A stretch of DNA of 64,000 bases, from positions 74,710,001 to 74,774,000 of the forward strand of contig OX597819.1 in NCBI GenBank assembly GCA_951406725.2, given 5' to 3'. The position numbers and the translations under genes were made by a program. How positions within the stretch are numbered: the stretch's first letter is position 1; every line of letters begins with the position of its first letter. This stretch comes from Octopus vulgaris (Eukaryota). Positions 24,911 through 36,730 of the stretch are shown here, one piece after another. A model generated the notes under the pieces. It did not search any database. It had not been told where the DNA came from and worked only from the letters and a program-made list of their open reading frames with translations.

Positions 24911-25449
24911 TCAAGTATCCAATTCAGCGATACAACCAAGCAGGAGCATTTTCTTAACGACACCATGACCCCCACCTCCGTTACCTGCCTGTCTGGATTC
25001 AAATGCTCTCAGTGGTAAATCGTTACAAACATTGAACATAAGACCACTGGTGAGAAAAGTTCAGGAAATGTTTCTTTATTATTAAGCGGACGGAAAACAA
25101 TGTCTGCGGTACAAGTGGAGAGAACGCTAGTCTGTCACATGCAGCTTCCTCTACATGACGTGGTAGACATTTTTGATAAGTTGATGAATTGAGACGCTTT
25201 CGATGGGTCCTGCTCTGGAACGTACTGAAATATTTCAAGTGGAACCGAACAACACACACACACGCACATACAGCAAAATAAAATAAGGACGGAATAAACA
25301 GGTGTGCTGGCATTAGTATGTCAAGGTGTGTGTGTGTGTGTGTGCGCGCGCGCGCTAATGTGTGTCAATGAATTAGTGTGCGCGCGTGAACTTCAGTATC
25401 AATGAATGAGATTTGTATGTCATGCATACTTAAGCTTATATATTTATAC

Positions 25450-25492
<43 letters not shown>

Positions 25493-25639
25493 GTTAATAG
25501 ACAGCCATGTGCAATGTTTTACCAAAAAGGAAAACTATAATTGCACCCATATATGTGACCGGGAAGGGGGAGCGCACGCATGCGCAGAAAAGCAGATGCA
25601 GGAGAAAATTTTAAGTTGCCCCTCACTTTCGTCTTATAC

Positions 25640-25835
25640 ACTGGTTTCAAATTTTGGCACAAGGCCAGCAAGTTTAGGAAAAGCGGGTTAAGTCGATAGC
25701 ATCGACCCTAATTATTAACTGGTACCTGAAAAGCAAAGTCGACCTCAGCGGAATTTGAACTCAGAATGTGAAGATATGTGAAATGCCACAAAGCATTTTG
25801 CCGGACGTCGCTAACCATTCTGCCAACTCGCCGTC
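25640..25835 (-). mobile_element. SINE family A
   Basis: GCAAAGTCGACCTCAGCGGAATTTGAACTCAG..TTCTGCCAACTCGCC. Confidence 0.8.
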
Positions 25836-26194
25836 CTACTTTCGTCATATATGTCGCGATACTGTAATAAAGGTAGCAACATAAATTAGTTTATCTTCAT
25901 TGAGCTTTCCGGTTCCATTGATTGATCAGAGCAGGAAGAAGACAATATAGGGACTGAACGCCTGAGAGAGGGGAGGAGGGACGGAACAGGGTGGCCTCTT
26001 TTTGGCAGGTCACCACTAAACGGGCTGCTTGCGCCAAATTATTTTTCTATAGCAGCCTCTACTGCATCATCGTTCCTGTATCATGATGATGACTAGAGAT
26101 GAATGATGGACAGAAAATACCGAGGGACACCGGCTGCAAGTAAACTTAATAGTGAAAAGGATGCCAGCTTACTTCATATTATAGGGATTTTGTT

Positions 26195-26532
26195 TTTACT
26201 TGTATCACTCATTACACTACGGCTATGCTGGAGCATAACCTTGAAGAATTTTAGTCGAACGAATCAACACCCAATACTCACTTTTTTTTTAAAAGAATGG
26301 AACTTAATCTATCGATCTCTTCTGTCGAATCGCTACGTTACAAGGACATAAACACACACACACACACACACACATGACGGGCTTCTGTCAGTTTCCATCG
26401 ACCAAATCCACTCAAAAGGCTTTGACTGGCCCGAAGTTATAGTAGAAGACACTTTCCCAAGGTACCATGCGGAGGGACTGAACCTGAAATAATATGGTTG
26501 GGAAACAAACTTCTTACCACACAGCCACGCCT
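26195..26532 (-). mobile_element. SINE family B
   Basis: ACCAAATCCACTCAAAAGGCTTTG..CTTCTTACCACACAGCCACGCC. Confidence 0.85.
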
Positions 26533-26959
26533 GAATTTCTAAGGCCCTTCAAAGCCCTGTACATTCTTCCACCTGAACTCATTCCATTCTAGAAGTATTT
26601 ACCAGAAGTGTGAGGGGGTGAATACCAGCAATATATACAAGATAATAACACAGGAAGTTGTAGAGGGGTTAACAATATACTCAATGGCCCCTTTTTAAAG
26701 AATGTCTTATAACGCCTCCTTTACAATCTGAACGCCCACTTTAGTAGGCGGTGGGGCGTGTCTGTAGGACCCACATTGGGGCCAGTCATTGGGCAAACTG
26801 ACTCTTCTAGCTTCCAATTCTGCAGCAGAGACGACTTAGCTTTTAATAATGCAGGATCGATAAAACAAATCGCAGTAAAATAAGGTTATCGATAAAAACC
26901 ATTAGGACACCTCCCCCACCAATTCTTTCAAATCATCATCATTATCGATGATGACGATA

Positions 26960-27181
26960 ATGGTTTCCGCTCCGGGAGAAGATCAGTAATTTTGTAGGGA
27001 AGGGGCTAGCGGTATCACCCACCCCCAGTACTTGATTGGTACTTTACTCTTTCGAGGATAAAAGGCTATGCTGACCTAAACAGGATTTGAACTCAATGCA
27101 TAAAAAGCAGGACAAATATCACAAGGTAAATTTTTCGACACTAACAATTCTGCCAGCTTCCTGCCCACATCCCTATTATTA

Positions 27182-27236
<55 letters not shown>

Positions 27237-27380
27237 GGCGGCGAGCTGGCAGAGTCCAAATTCCGCCGAGATTCACTTTGCCTTTCATCTTTTCGGCGTT
27301 GAAGACTGGGGTCGACGTAATCGACTCATCCCTTCCCCCAAAACTGGTGCCCTTGAGGCAAAATTTGAAACCATTATTAT
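26960..27380. mobile_element. Head-to-head SINE A pair around an (ATT)n tract (26960-27165 -, 27234-27380 +)
   Basis: CTAACAATTCTGCCAGC then (ATT)n then AAGGCGGCGAGCTGGCAGAG. Confidence 0.75.
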
Positions 27381-27384
27381 TAAA

Positions 27385-27565
27385 CCTTTCTATGCTATGT
27401 ATATGTCCCTTCGATTCCAGTGTATACCCTGTATACTTTTTTTTTATCATTTCATTATTATACGTGAACCTCCACACTTTATGTTTGTCTCTGTATTGTC
27501 CCCCTCAGCCATCGCCCTTGAGGCAAATAAATGAAATCATCATTATTATTATTATTATCATCATC
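27385..27565 (+). mobile_element. LINE 3' UTR fragment (same family as 52328-52730) with (ATC/ATT)n tail
   Basis: CCACACTTTATGT..TCGCCCTTGAGGCAAATAAATGAAAT matches CCACACTTTATGT..TCGCCCTTGTGGCAAATAAAAGAAAT at about 52627-52691. Confidence 0.65.
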
Positions 27566-28132
27566 ATTGTTAATCACAAGGTACCGGCTGCTCATGACTA
27601 CACCAGAAGACAATCGCTATGAAGTTGTCACACAGTGGGATCGAACCCAAAGCTACTTGATTTTGAAACAGACTTAACCACACAGCTACGCTTCAGAACC
27701 TGCGCGTGCATTCGTGTGTGCGTGCGCGCGCGCGCCTCTGTATAAAACTGTGGAAGGAAGCCAAATACCACAAATAACAACAAAAGTGAGGAAAATGACT
27801 CAATGAGAGTCAACCATGACACATTTTGGTTGACTCCAGCGGTGAACCCGAGGTGTTTACTCTACGACCGACCACTAACGCACATACATACGTACACACA
27901 CACACACACACACACACACAAAGCATAGGTTAAATATACAACACTCCGTCGATTTGATACAAAATTACCGACTTCCGGTTTCCCCAGAACAAAGGAAGCG
28001 AAACCGTCCTCATCTTTTTACCTGCAATCCGTCCTTTTACCTCGACAATCAAATATATTCGATGTACCGGAAGTCACCGATTTTTCGCCCTCCGCATCCC
28101 CATCCTCCCTCTTTATTTTTCTTACACACACA

Positions 28133-28225
28133 CAGAACGGGTGAAAGAGAGAGAGAGAGAGAGAGAACGGGTGAAAGAGAGAGAGAGAGAGAGAGAACGG
28201 GTGAAAGAGAGAGAGAGAGAGAGAA
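28133..28225. repeat. 30-bp minisatellite GAACGGGTGAAA(GA)n, three units
   Basis: Directly visible. Confidence 0.9.
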
Positions 28226-28383
28226 AAAGATTGACTTCTAATTAAAAAGTTAGCTGCTGTAGATCAAAAGCGATGTGAAGTGAAACTTTTATTCCCAAAT
28301 CTGTCCCAAGTCGGTTATTGTAATATCACACGCTAACAATAAACTGGGTTTATTTAGTAAATATAAATAAACGAAATAGGCCC

Positions 28384-28810
28384 AGGCGTGGCTGTGTGGT
28401 AAGAAGCTTGCTTTCTAACCATATGGTTCCGAGTTCAGTCCCACTGCATGGCACCTTGAGCCGACCAACGCCCTTTAAATGGATTTGGTAGACGGCAACC
28501 GAAAGAAACCTGTCTTGTGTGTGTGTGTGTGTGTGTACACACATACACGAGGTGTGTGTGTGTGTGTGTGTACACACATACACGAGGTGTGTGTGGTCTT
28601 TATACTTGTGTGTCCTCCACCACCGCTTGACAACCGGTGTTGATTTCTTTTTAGGTCCCCGTAACATAGCAGTTCGGCAAAAGAGACCGAAAGAATAAAT
28701 GCCAGGCTTTAGAAAAATAAATAAATACTGGTATCGATTCATTCGACTAAAAATTCAAGGCAGTGCCCCAGCATGGCTGCAGTCCAATGACTGAAGCGAG
28801 TAAAAAGGAA
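28384..28810 (+). mobile_element. SINE family B
   Basis: AGGCGTGGCTGTGTGGTAAGAAGCTTGC..CAGTCCAATGACTGAAG. Confidence 0.88.
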
Positions 28811-29721
28811 AAGAAAGAAACTCTGGTGAACTGGATTTATTCTTGAAGGATTAGGATTAGCGAATTTGGCAGAATTGGTTGGAGAGGGGACAAAATACTG
28901 TGAAATATCTAGTGACGGGTTCAAATCCAGCCAGGGATCATCTTAGTGTAATGCTTCCAAGAAGAATTTTTCCAAGTTTTAATGTCATTCACTACATTAT
29001 AGGGATACAGATGATCCCGGTCCCCAGTTATTGACTGGTACTCTATTTTATCGGCCCTGAAAGGATGAAAGGCAAAGTACACTTCGGCGGGATTTGAACT
29101 TTGCACGTAAAAAGTTGAAAGAAATTTCACCAAGTATTTTGTCCGGCGTGCTAACGATTTTATTAATTTACCACCCGGACAATACTCCTTCCTATTATAG
29201 GTACAAGGCTAGTAATTTTGAGGGGAGGGGAGAAGTCTATTACACCGACTCTCCAGCAATTGGCCGGTATTTTACTTTATCAGCCCCGAAAGGATGAAAG
29301 GCGTTTGAACTGAGAACGTATAGAGTCAAAAGAAATGCTTGTAACTCAGACATGCATTGCCCTATGTTTTGAGACAAACATACAATCATCAGCGGTGTTG
29401 GTGTTGGTGGTGGTGCCGTCGCCGCCGCCGCAAAAGCGCAAAATAGATGTGGGTCAGTGGCGAATAAAACTAATTGTTCAGAAAAGCATCGCCAATTATA
29501 TCAATACAGCAACATTTCTTTAAGGCAGTAAAATGTGTAAAAGAAAAAAAATATAAAGGAAAAAAGGATGAGTCACCTATGACGTATTTGAAGTCACAAT
29601 TGAAGTATGAACCGAACTGAACATCATCGAAGTTAAGCTTTATACATTGTGTGGGAGGTGAACCTCTTTACAATGCGCACAACTACAAACTGTTCTGGGA
29701 AGTAACAGGGAAGGAGACCCA

Positions 29722-30295
29722 AGATGTGGCTGTGTGGTAAGAAGCTTGCTTCCCAACCACATGATTCCAGGTTCAGACCCACTGCATGGCACCACGGGCA
29801 AAAGTCTTCTACTATAGCCTTGTGAGTGGATTTGGTTGTATGTATGTATGTATGTATGTGTGTGTGTGTGTGTATATGTTTGTGTATATGTTTGTGTGTC
29901 TGTGTTTGTCCCCCAACATCGCTTGACAACCGATGCTGGTGTGTTTGTAAAAGAGTATAAATATATAATGTCGTGTGTGTGTGTGTGTTTGTCTGTATCT
30001 GTGCTTGTCTCCGCTTGGCAACAGGTGTTGTGCTTACGTCTCTGTAACTTAGTGGTTCGGCAAAAGGGACGATAGAGTAAGTAAATTCTTCAAGGCGGTG
30101 CCCCAGCATGGGCGCGGTCAAATGACTGAAACGACCAAAGCATAAAAGAGAAAACCTTGAGAGAGAACTCACTTCATCGCTTAACAAGATTGCTTTGCAA
30201 CTGTGTGGTCTCAAGTTCACTCCCATTGTGCGGCAACTTAGGAAAAAATGTCTTGTGACTGAATTTGACTGGACGGAGAGTATAAGGAAAGCCTG

Positions 30296-30372
<77 letters not shown>

Positions 30373-30556
30373 TTTCAGTCGTTTGACTGCAGCCATGCTG
30401 GAGCAACGCTTCTAACCGAAGAAATCGACCCCAAAACTTATTCTTTGTAAGCCTTGTACTTACTCTATCGGTCAGTTTTTGCCGAACCGATAAGTTACGG
30501 GAACGTAAACACACCAACATCGTTTGTCAAGCGATAGTGGGAGGGGACAAACACAG

Positions 30557-30560
<4 letters not shown>
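29722..30560. mobile_element. Convergent SINE B pair (29722-30150 +, 30370-30560 -)
   Basis: 3' ends GCGGTCAAATGACTGAAAC and GTTTCAGTCGTTTGACTGCAGCC face each other about 220 bp apart. Confidence 0.8.
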
Positions 30561-30594
<34 letters not shown>

Positions 30595-30940
30595 CACGTG
30601 CCGTCAGTAATTACTCAGGGTAGGCAGTTGGTGACATTTATATAGAAAAACAAAAAAAAAAATGCGAAACACGTTGTTGTAGGAATGTGTGCAGCACATG
30701 TACTACGTGTACTCTGCATAGCTTAAATACTGAGATTGAGAAGCAGGGGTGAATTATGCCTACTAAATCTACAAAAAAAAAAATTAAATTTGCATTTTAT
30801 GCATAGTAATCATCACAATATTTTATTGAATTAGGGGCATATTTTGCCATAAAAGGAAAATGTTGCTGTCGATATATTTTATTCAAGGTAGGCACATCCC
30901 TGGTGTGCATACATCTTATATATACATACATATATATATT

Positions 30941-31179
30941 TTTTTATGGTCTTTATGACATACACGTGTTTCAACTGCACAGCTTACGGGTAGTTGCAGA
31001 TGCAACCTGGTACAATTTTTGGTGCAGCTTCTTCAGAGCCCATCCATTTGGCTAGTTTCGAAGCGAGCTAAATGGATATAACCCTGAATAAGCTGCACTG
31101 AAAATCGTGCCATGTTGCATCTACAACTCCCTGTAATATGTGCAGTGGAAACACCTATAGGTCATAAAGACCATAAAAA
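30941..31179. mobile_element. About 240-bp fold-back palindrome with a hammerhead-like core in each arm (Penelope-like pLTR derivative?)
   Basis: Arms TTTTTATGGTCTTTATGAC..GTTTCAACTGCAC..GTGCAGCTTCTTCAG and CTGAATAAGCTGCAC..GTGCAGTGGAAAC..GTCATAAAGACCATAAAAA; central hairpin ATCCATTTGGCT/AGCTAAATGGAT. Confidence 0.75.
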
Positions 31180-31277
31180 TATGCCGCATAAAATTGAAAA
31201 AATAGGAGGAAATAAATTCTGGGGATGAACAAGTCTCCATATTCTATATTGTTATAATTATTATTTATACTCTAGAC

Positions 31278-31551
31278 CAGTGCTTCTCAAACTATCTGAT
31301 GTGACGTAACGGAAGTTTTTTTTTCCAATGTGCCAGGGTTTGGTAATATTTCTTAGTAATATTAATTTATGCCGGAAACAATATATATATAATGAATATA
31401 CTAAAAGATGACAATTTCTTTTTTTATCTTATATTTCTTTTGTAAACAAATAATACAAAATTACATAAACATTTTATAATGTTTCTTTCTTTTCTGGAAA
31501 CTTGCCGCGGACCGGCAGCTGATGACTCGCGGACCAGCACCGGTCCACGGT
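31278..31551. mobile_element. hAT-type MITE, truncated by a SINE A head; inverted full copy at 52024-52316
   Basis: CAGTGCTTCTCAAACTATCTGATGTG is the reverse complement of CACATCAGATAGTTTGAGAAATGCTG at 52291-52316. Confidence 0.7.
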
Positions 31552-31591
31552 CCTAACGATTCTGCCAGCTCGCCGCCATAGTAGTAGTAGC

Positions 31592-31628
<37 letters not shown>

Positions 31629-32032
31629 CTAGTGGTGGTGGCATCCACTGCATGATAGATGACCAACAAAATGCCTGCATATCTTTATTTTTGTTTTTGT
31701 GTCACTCTCCATGATTTTAGTTATTGAAGCCAGCGCGCGCAATGCTATAAAGTGTCAAATTCCCCTCCTCTCTCTCACTATCCCTCCTACTTTCCTACCA
31801 CCCACTTACTCACCATCTCCCCCTCCTACTCACCGTCTCCTCCTCCTGTTCTCCCTCTCCTATCTTCTTCCCTTCCCTCCCAGAGAGAGATGTGTCTCGT
31901 TCGACATTTTCCTAAATTTTTTTTTTACAACTTTCAGCCATTCAAATGCAACGACACGTCCTAATGGCTTTGATTGATTTTGTATCGATTCCAGTATTTT
32001 ATGGAAATTTATTTAACGAATGACCACGTCTA

Positions 32033-32250
32033 TAAGACGGCGAGCTGGCGGAAACGTTAGCACACCGGGCGAAACGCTTAGTATTATTTCGTCTATCTCT
32101 ATGTTCTGAGTTCAAATTCCGCCGAGGTTGACTTTGCCTTCCATCCTTTCAGGGTCGATAAATTAAATACCAGTTGTGTACTGGAGTCGATCTATTCGAC
32201 TGGGCCCCTCCCCAAAAATTTCGAGCCTTGTGCCTAGAGTAGAAAAGAAT
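32033..32250 (+). mobile_element. SINE family A, tail type 2
   Basis: Full head, GAGTTCAAATTCCGCCGAGG, tail CCCCTCCCCAAAAATTTCGAGCCTTGTGCCTAGAGTAGAAAAG. Confidence 0.9.
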
Positions 32251-32599
32251 GACCACATCTATGTAACGGGATATAACTCCATAAACTGAATATTTTGTCC
32301 GACGCACCAACTCTACGTGTGTGTGTGTTACGGTTTTCTGCAGTTTTAGGTCCACCAAGATAGATAAATGCAAGGCATTGAAAGAGCTAATGCTATTGCA
32401 AATGCCTTTGCCCAAAGAGTCGCGATTAAGAATCTAATTGCGTTTCTACATGCTTTACCTTTACCAGCGCCACACATTGCGAGCAAGAAAGAGACAGACA
32501 GATCGATCGATAAACAGATCGATAGAGAGAGATACAGACGGGTAGAGAGAGAAAGTGAGAAACAGACATGATATTAAGACAGGCAGAGATATACAGACG

Positions 32600-32704
32600 G
32601 GTAAAGAGATAGGGAGGGAGGGAGGGAGGGAGGGAGGGAGGGAGGGAGGGAGGAAGGGAGAAGGAAGGAAGGAAGGAAGGAAGGAAGGAAGGAAGGAAGG
32701 AAGG

Positions 32705-32749
<45 letters not shown>

Positions 32750-32780
32750 GGATAGATGGATAGAGAGAGAGAGAGAGAGA
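32600..32780. repeat. Compound purine microsatellite (GGGA)n(GGAA)n(GATA)n(GA)n
   Basis: Directly visible. Confidence 0.95.
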
Positions 32781-33713
32781 AGTAGAAGCGAAGCACCGTG
32801 TAGACAGAGACGTCTATTATAGAAGAGAGAGAATGCGTTGTTGAGTAGAGTGAAGTAGAAAGTGAGAATGAGAATGGAAGATAGCGTCGAGAGAGAGAGA
32901 GAGAGAGAATTAGTATGCGATAGAGGAGGAGGAATGGAGAAAATGAAAAGAGGGAGAAGGGGCAAAGGTGGAAGAAATGAAGAAATTGAATGAGAGAAAG
33001 AGACCATGAAACAGGACCATTAAAGAGTGAGCGATAGAGAGAGAGGGGGGGGAGGAGAGAACGAAAGGGAGATAAATGAGAGGAAAGTAGAGAGAGAATC
33101 TGTGCGTGTTAGAGAGAGAGTTTATAACATGTCAGAGAGAAAAATGCGTACGTGTGTATGCGTGTGTCTGTGCGTGTGCGTGTGTGTGTACACTGACACA
33201 CACACACACACACAGACAAACTGACACATACACAGATTTTCGACTTGTATTGGCGTCAACGACATATTTAAATACACGACAGCACCCAGTAGCCTCTCAC
33301 TATTGTAACAAGCAGTAAGGCTGACAAGATGAAAGAGCCACTCGGTACGATTCATCCACTCCCCCTCCATCTCCCCATCTTTTTTTTTTCTCTCTCTCTA
33401 TTTCTTCTACTTACTATTGTTGTTGATGTTATTATTGCAGAAGGCTTCACTTCTTCCAAAAAAAAAAAAAAAAGAGAAAGAGAGAGAGATCAAGTGGAAA
33501 ACGTATCTCTACGGCTTTCTTTTTTTTTTTTTTCCAAGTTATTATGATTTTCATGATGTCGATAGATCTTGTTGTTTGCATTTATCCTTCTTACTGTGAT
33601 TATGTTGGTTGTTGATGGGGTAACTAGGAGCAGGATGATATTGATAAATAGCTGGGTATTCACCGGTTGCTGTGCAAAGGAATCACGTGTGTGTGTGTGT
33701 ATATATATATATA

Positions 33714-33774
<61 letters not shown>

Positions 33775-33921
33775 CTACATATATCACACGAACACAAATA
33801 ATTATTGAGTAATGTCTAGGGTTTCAACTGATACAGATCATAGACAGATATAAAATACACACATATATATATAGATTCAAAACATACGTATATACATACG
33901 CATGTGTACGTGTGTGTATGT

Positions 33922-34149
33922 AAGGTGGCGAGCTGGCAGAAACGTTAGCACGCCGGGCGACCTGCGTAGCCGTATTTCGTCTGTCGTTACGTTCCGAGTT
34001 CAAATTCCGCCGAGGTCGACTTTGCCTTTCATCCTTTCGGGGTCGATAAATTAAGTACCAGTTACGCACTGGGGTCGATGTAATCGACTTAATCCCTTTG
34101 TCTGTCCTTGTTTGTCCCCTCTGTGTTTAGCCCCTTGTGGGTACTAAAG

Positions 34150-34153
<4 letters not shown>
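33922..34153 (+). mobile_element. SINE family A, tail type 1 (young-looking)
   Basis: AAGGTGGCGAGCTGGCAGAAACGTTAGCACG..TTAGCCCCTTGTGGGTACTAAAGAAATA followed by (TA)n. Confidence 0.92.
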
Positions 34154-34192
<39 letters not shown>

Positions 34193-34316
34193 CAACGATA
34201 AATTCTTATATATTTATATGAATGTATACACAGAGTAAAAGGAGATCGCACACATACCCACAATTAAGACAGGCAACGCGATTTGATGCTTTCGCAGTGG
34301 CAGGAGGGTGATAGAC

Positions 34317-34381
<65 letters not shown>

Positions 34382-34724
34382 GAGAGCGGAGAGAGGGAAG
34401 GAGAGGGACAGTGTGTATATGAGAGAGAGAGTTTATGCACGCTGGATCGAAGAGTTTTGGATAATGGTAAAGAAATTCGAGATTTGAATATCGAAATGTT
34501 TCTATTAATCTTGTATTTAGTTTTCTAAATAATAAATATTCCTACCAAACCAATTAACGATAAAGTCGACGAGTTAGTGAGATCGAATCCATGTTCTGCC
34601 TTCTCCTGCGCCTCTCCAAACACGTACAGGCAGAGAACATCCCATGAGAAATTTTGCAAGACGGAATTAGATTGCCATCGAATACCATAAAAAAGGTGTA
34701 GGACAATATATCCCAAAGGTAGTA

Positions 34725-34946
34725 CTGGGGAGGGGGGATTAAATTCAAAATTTCATGCATGTATGTATGTATGTATGTATGTATGTATGTATGTATGTAT
34801 GTATGTATGTATGTATGTATGTACGTATGTATGTACGTATGTACGAACGTGCGTATGCATAATGATAAGCATATTAAAAAAGGTCCGCGGGACAATTCAT
34901 TCAAATAAAAGTGGTCCTTGGTATTGAAAAGGTTGGGGACCACTGG
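34725..34946. mobile_element. hAT-type MITE with an expanded internal (TATG)n; related copy 58092-58217
   Basis: AAATTCAAAATTTC..GGTCCGCGGGA..TCCTTGGTA..GGTTGGGGACCACTG shared with 58092-58217. Confidence 0.65.
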
Positions 34947-35021
34947 TGTAGGGGATCCACTAACCACTGCCCCGGTCAGTAGTTTCTGACAAGTCCATTC
35001 CGGAAATTTTATGCCCTAGAC

Positions 35022-35240
35022 TAGTGCTTTTCAAACTTTTTGCTGGCGCGGAACCCCAACGAAACATTCCACTGGCTCGAGGAACCCCTGTGCAATAATT
35101 TAATAGTCTTATGCACACATATCTGCACAGGAGAATTAAAAATTACTGCCGATTTTAGCAGTTTTGTAACTTCTTGCGGAACCCCTGGACTGTACTGGCG
35201 GAACCCTAAGGTTCCGAGGAACCCTGGTTGAAAACCACTG
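35022..35240. mobile_element. hAT (Charlie/Buster-like) MITE with a perfect 8-bp TSD
   Basis: TAGTGCTTTTCAA ... TTGAAAACCACTG; TSD CCCTAGAC at 35014-21 and 35241-48; repeated subterminal GGAACCC motifs. Confidence 0.9.
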
Positions 35241-35357
35241 CCCTAGACAAATGTATCCGTTCAACAACAAACCCACCCGTTTACGAGCCCCGTGTGTGGA
35301 CACAACATGTATAAATATAGATATACGTAGCACACATACACACACACAATTGCATAC

Positions 35358-35390
<33 letters not shown>

Positions 35391-35391
<1 letters not shown>

Positions 35392-36400
35392 TTTGATACT
35401 TTGATAGGTTTCGGCCATTATTGGCCCAGGCCATGTCTAACTTAATAGCACCACCTGGTGAAGTCTTTCAAGTCAGAATTTGGGCACTATGGCCCACTCA
35501 AGTAGAGAGTTATTGTTTACAGAGACATATCCGGGTGTAGGGGGTTTATCCGGGATTTCTTGAAGGAATCTGTCCAAAGACTTCTTGAACCCTATAGGGT
35601 CAGTTTCTGTTTTAATGTGTTTTGGTGTAATGTTAAAGAGAGCGGGGCCAATTGAGGTGAAATAATTGTGCCGTATTGTTGTTATGAGATGAGAGTGCGA
35701 TTTTTGTTTTGGGCGGATGGCACGGGGCCCAAGCCTTGGATGTACCTTAAAGGTGATGCCAACATCATTTGGGCAATGCTGATGGAATATTTTCCACATC
35801 ATGCAGATGATGTAGCGCTCACGACGACGTTGGAGAGAATAGAGTTTTAGCTTTTCTAGTCGACCCCAATAGTCGAGGCCTGTCATGCCATCTATCTTTT
35901 TTTGTGATTGCCCTTTGAGGTGCTTCGACTTTTATGATACCTTGTATTGTGTGGGGAGACCACAGTGGACAACAGTATTCAAGGTGGGGTCGGGCAAAAG
36001 TGGAGAAGAGAAGGATAATGGTGTGGATATCTCTCGACTGGAAAGTTCTGAGAATCCAGGAACACATTCTGCGGGCCATGTCAACTTTGGTGTTTATATG
36101 AGTGGCCCAGCTTACGTTGTTGTCCACAATTACTCCCAAGTCTCTGATGTTGTTGGACGCCGTGAGAGTTTCACCTGAAGGAAGGGAGTATGGGAGTTTC
36201 AGGGCATCCTCTTTTCCAAAGTGGATTAGCTCAAATTTATCCTCGTTCAGCAGCATATTGTTTTTTTCTGCCCATTGGATAACAGCCAGTAGATCTGACT
36301 GAAGGCATGTCCGGTCACTCGCCTCATTTATGACCTTCTGTAGCTTGGAGTCATCTGCAAAGATTTTTATGTTGCTGTGCTTGATGATGTCATTAATATA
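35391..36400 (-). mobile_element. 5'-truncated CR1-type LINE (RT C-terminal half, ORF end and 3' UTR) embedded in (TA)n
   Basis: YINDIIKHSNIKIFADD..RDLGVIVD..RPHLEYCCPLWSP..QRAITKK/ frameshift /..YWGRLEKLKLYSLQRRRERY..; 3' end GGCCGAAACCTATCAAAGTATCAAAG; (TA)n on both flanks. Confidence 0.92.
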
Positions 36401-36428
36401 TATATAATGTCATTATATATTAATGTCA

Positions 36429-36496
<68 letters not shown>

Positions 36497-36499
<3 letters not shown>

Positions 36500-36730
36500 G
36501 CGGCGAATTGGTTGAAACGTTAGCACGCCGGGCGAAATGCGTAGCCGTATTTCATCTGCCGTTACGTTCTGAGTTCAAATTCCGCCGAGGTCTACTTTGC
36601 CTTTCATCCTTTCGGGGTCGATAAATTAAGTACCAGTTACGCTCTGGGGTCGATGTAATCGACTTAATCCGTTTGTCTGTCCTTGTTTGCCCCCTCTGTG
36701 TTTAGCCCCTTTGTGGGGAGTAAAGAAATA
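36497..36730 (+). mobile_element. SINE family A, tail type 1, inside (TA)n
   Basis: AAGGCGGCGAATTGGTTGAAACGTTAGCACG..TTAGCCCCTTTGTGGGGAGTAAAGAAATA(TA)n. Confidence 0.92.

Noticed and set aside
25890-26140. Possible exon or old LINE C-terminal fragment
   Set aside because: No consistent open frame or convincing motif on either strand.
29633-30520. 295-aa minus-strand ORF
   Set aside because: Spans two SINE B copies and microsatellites.
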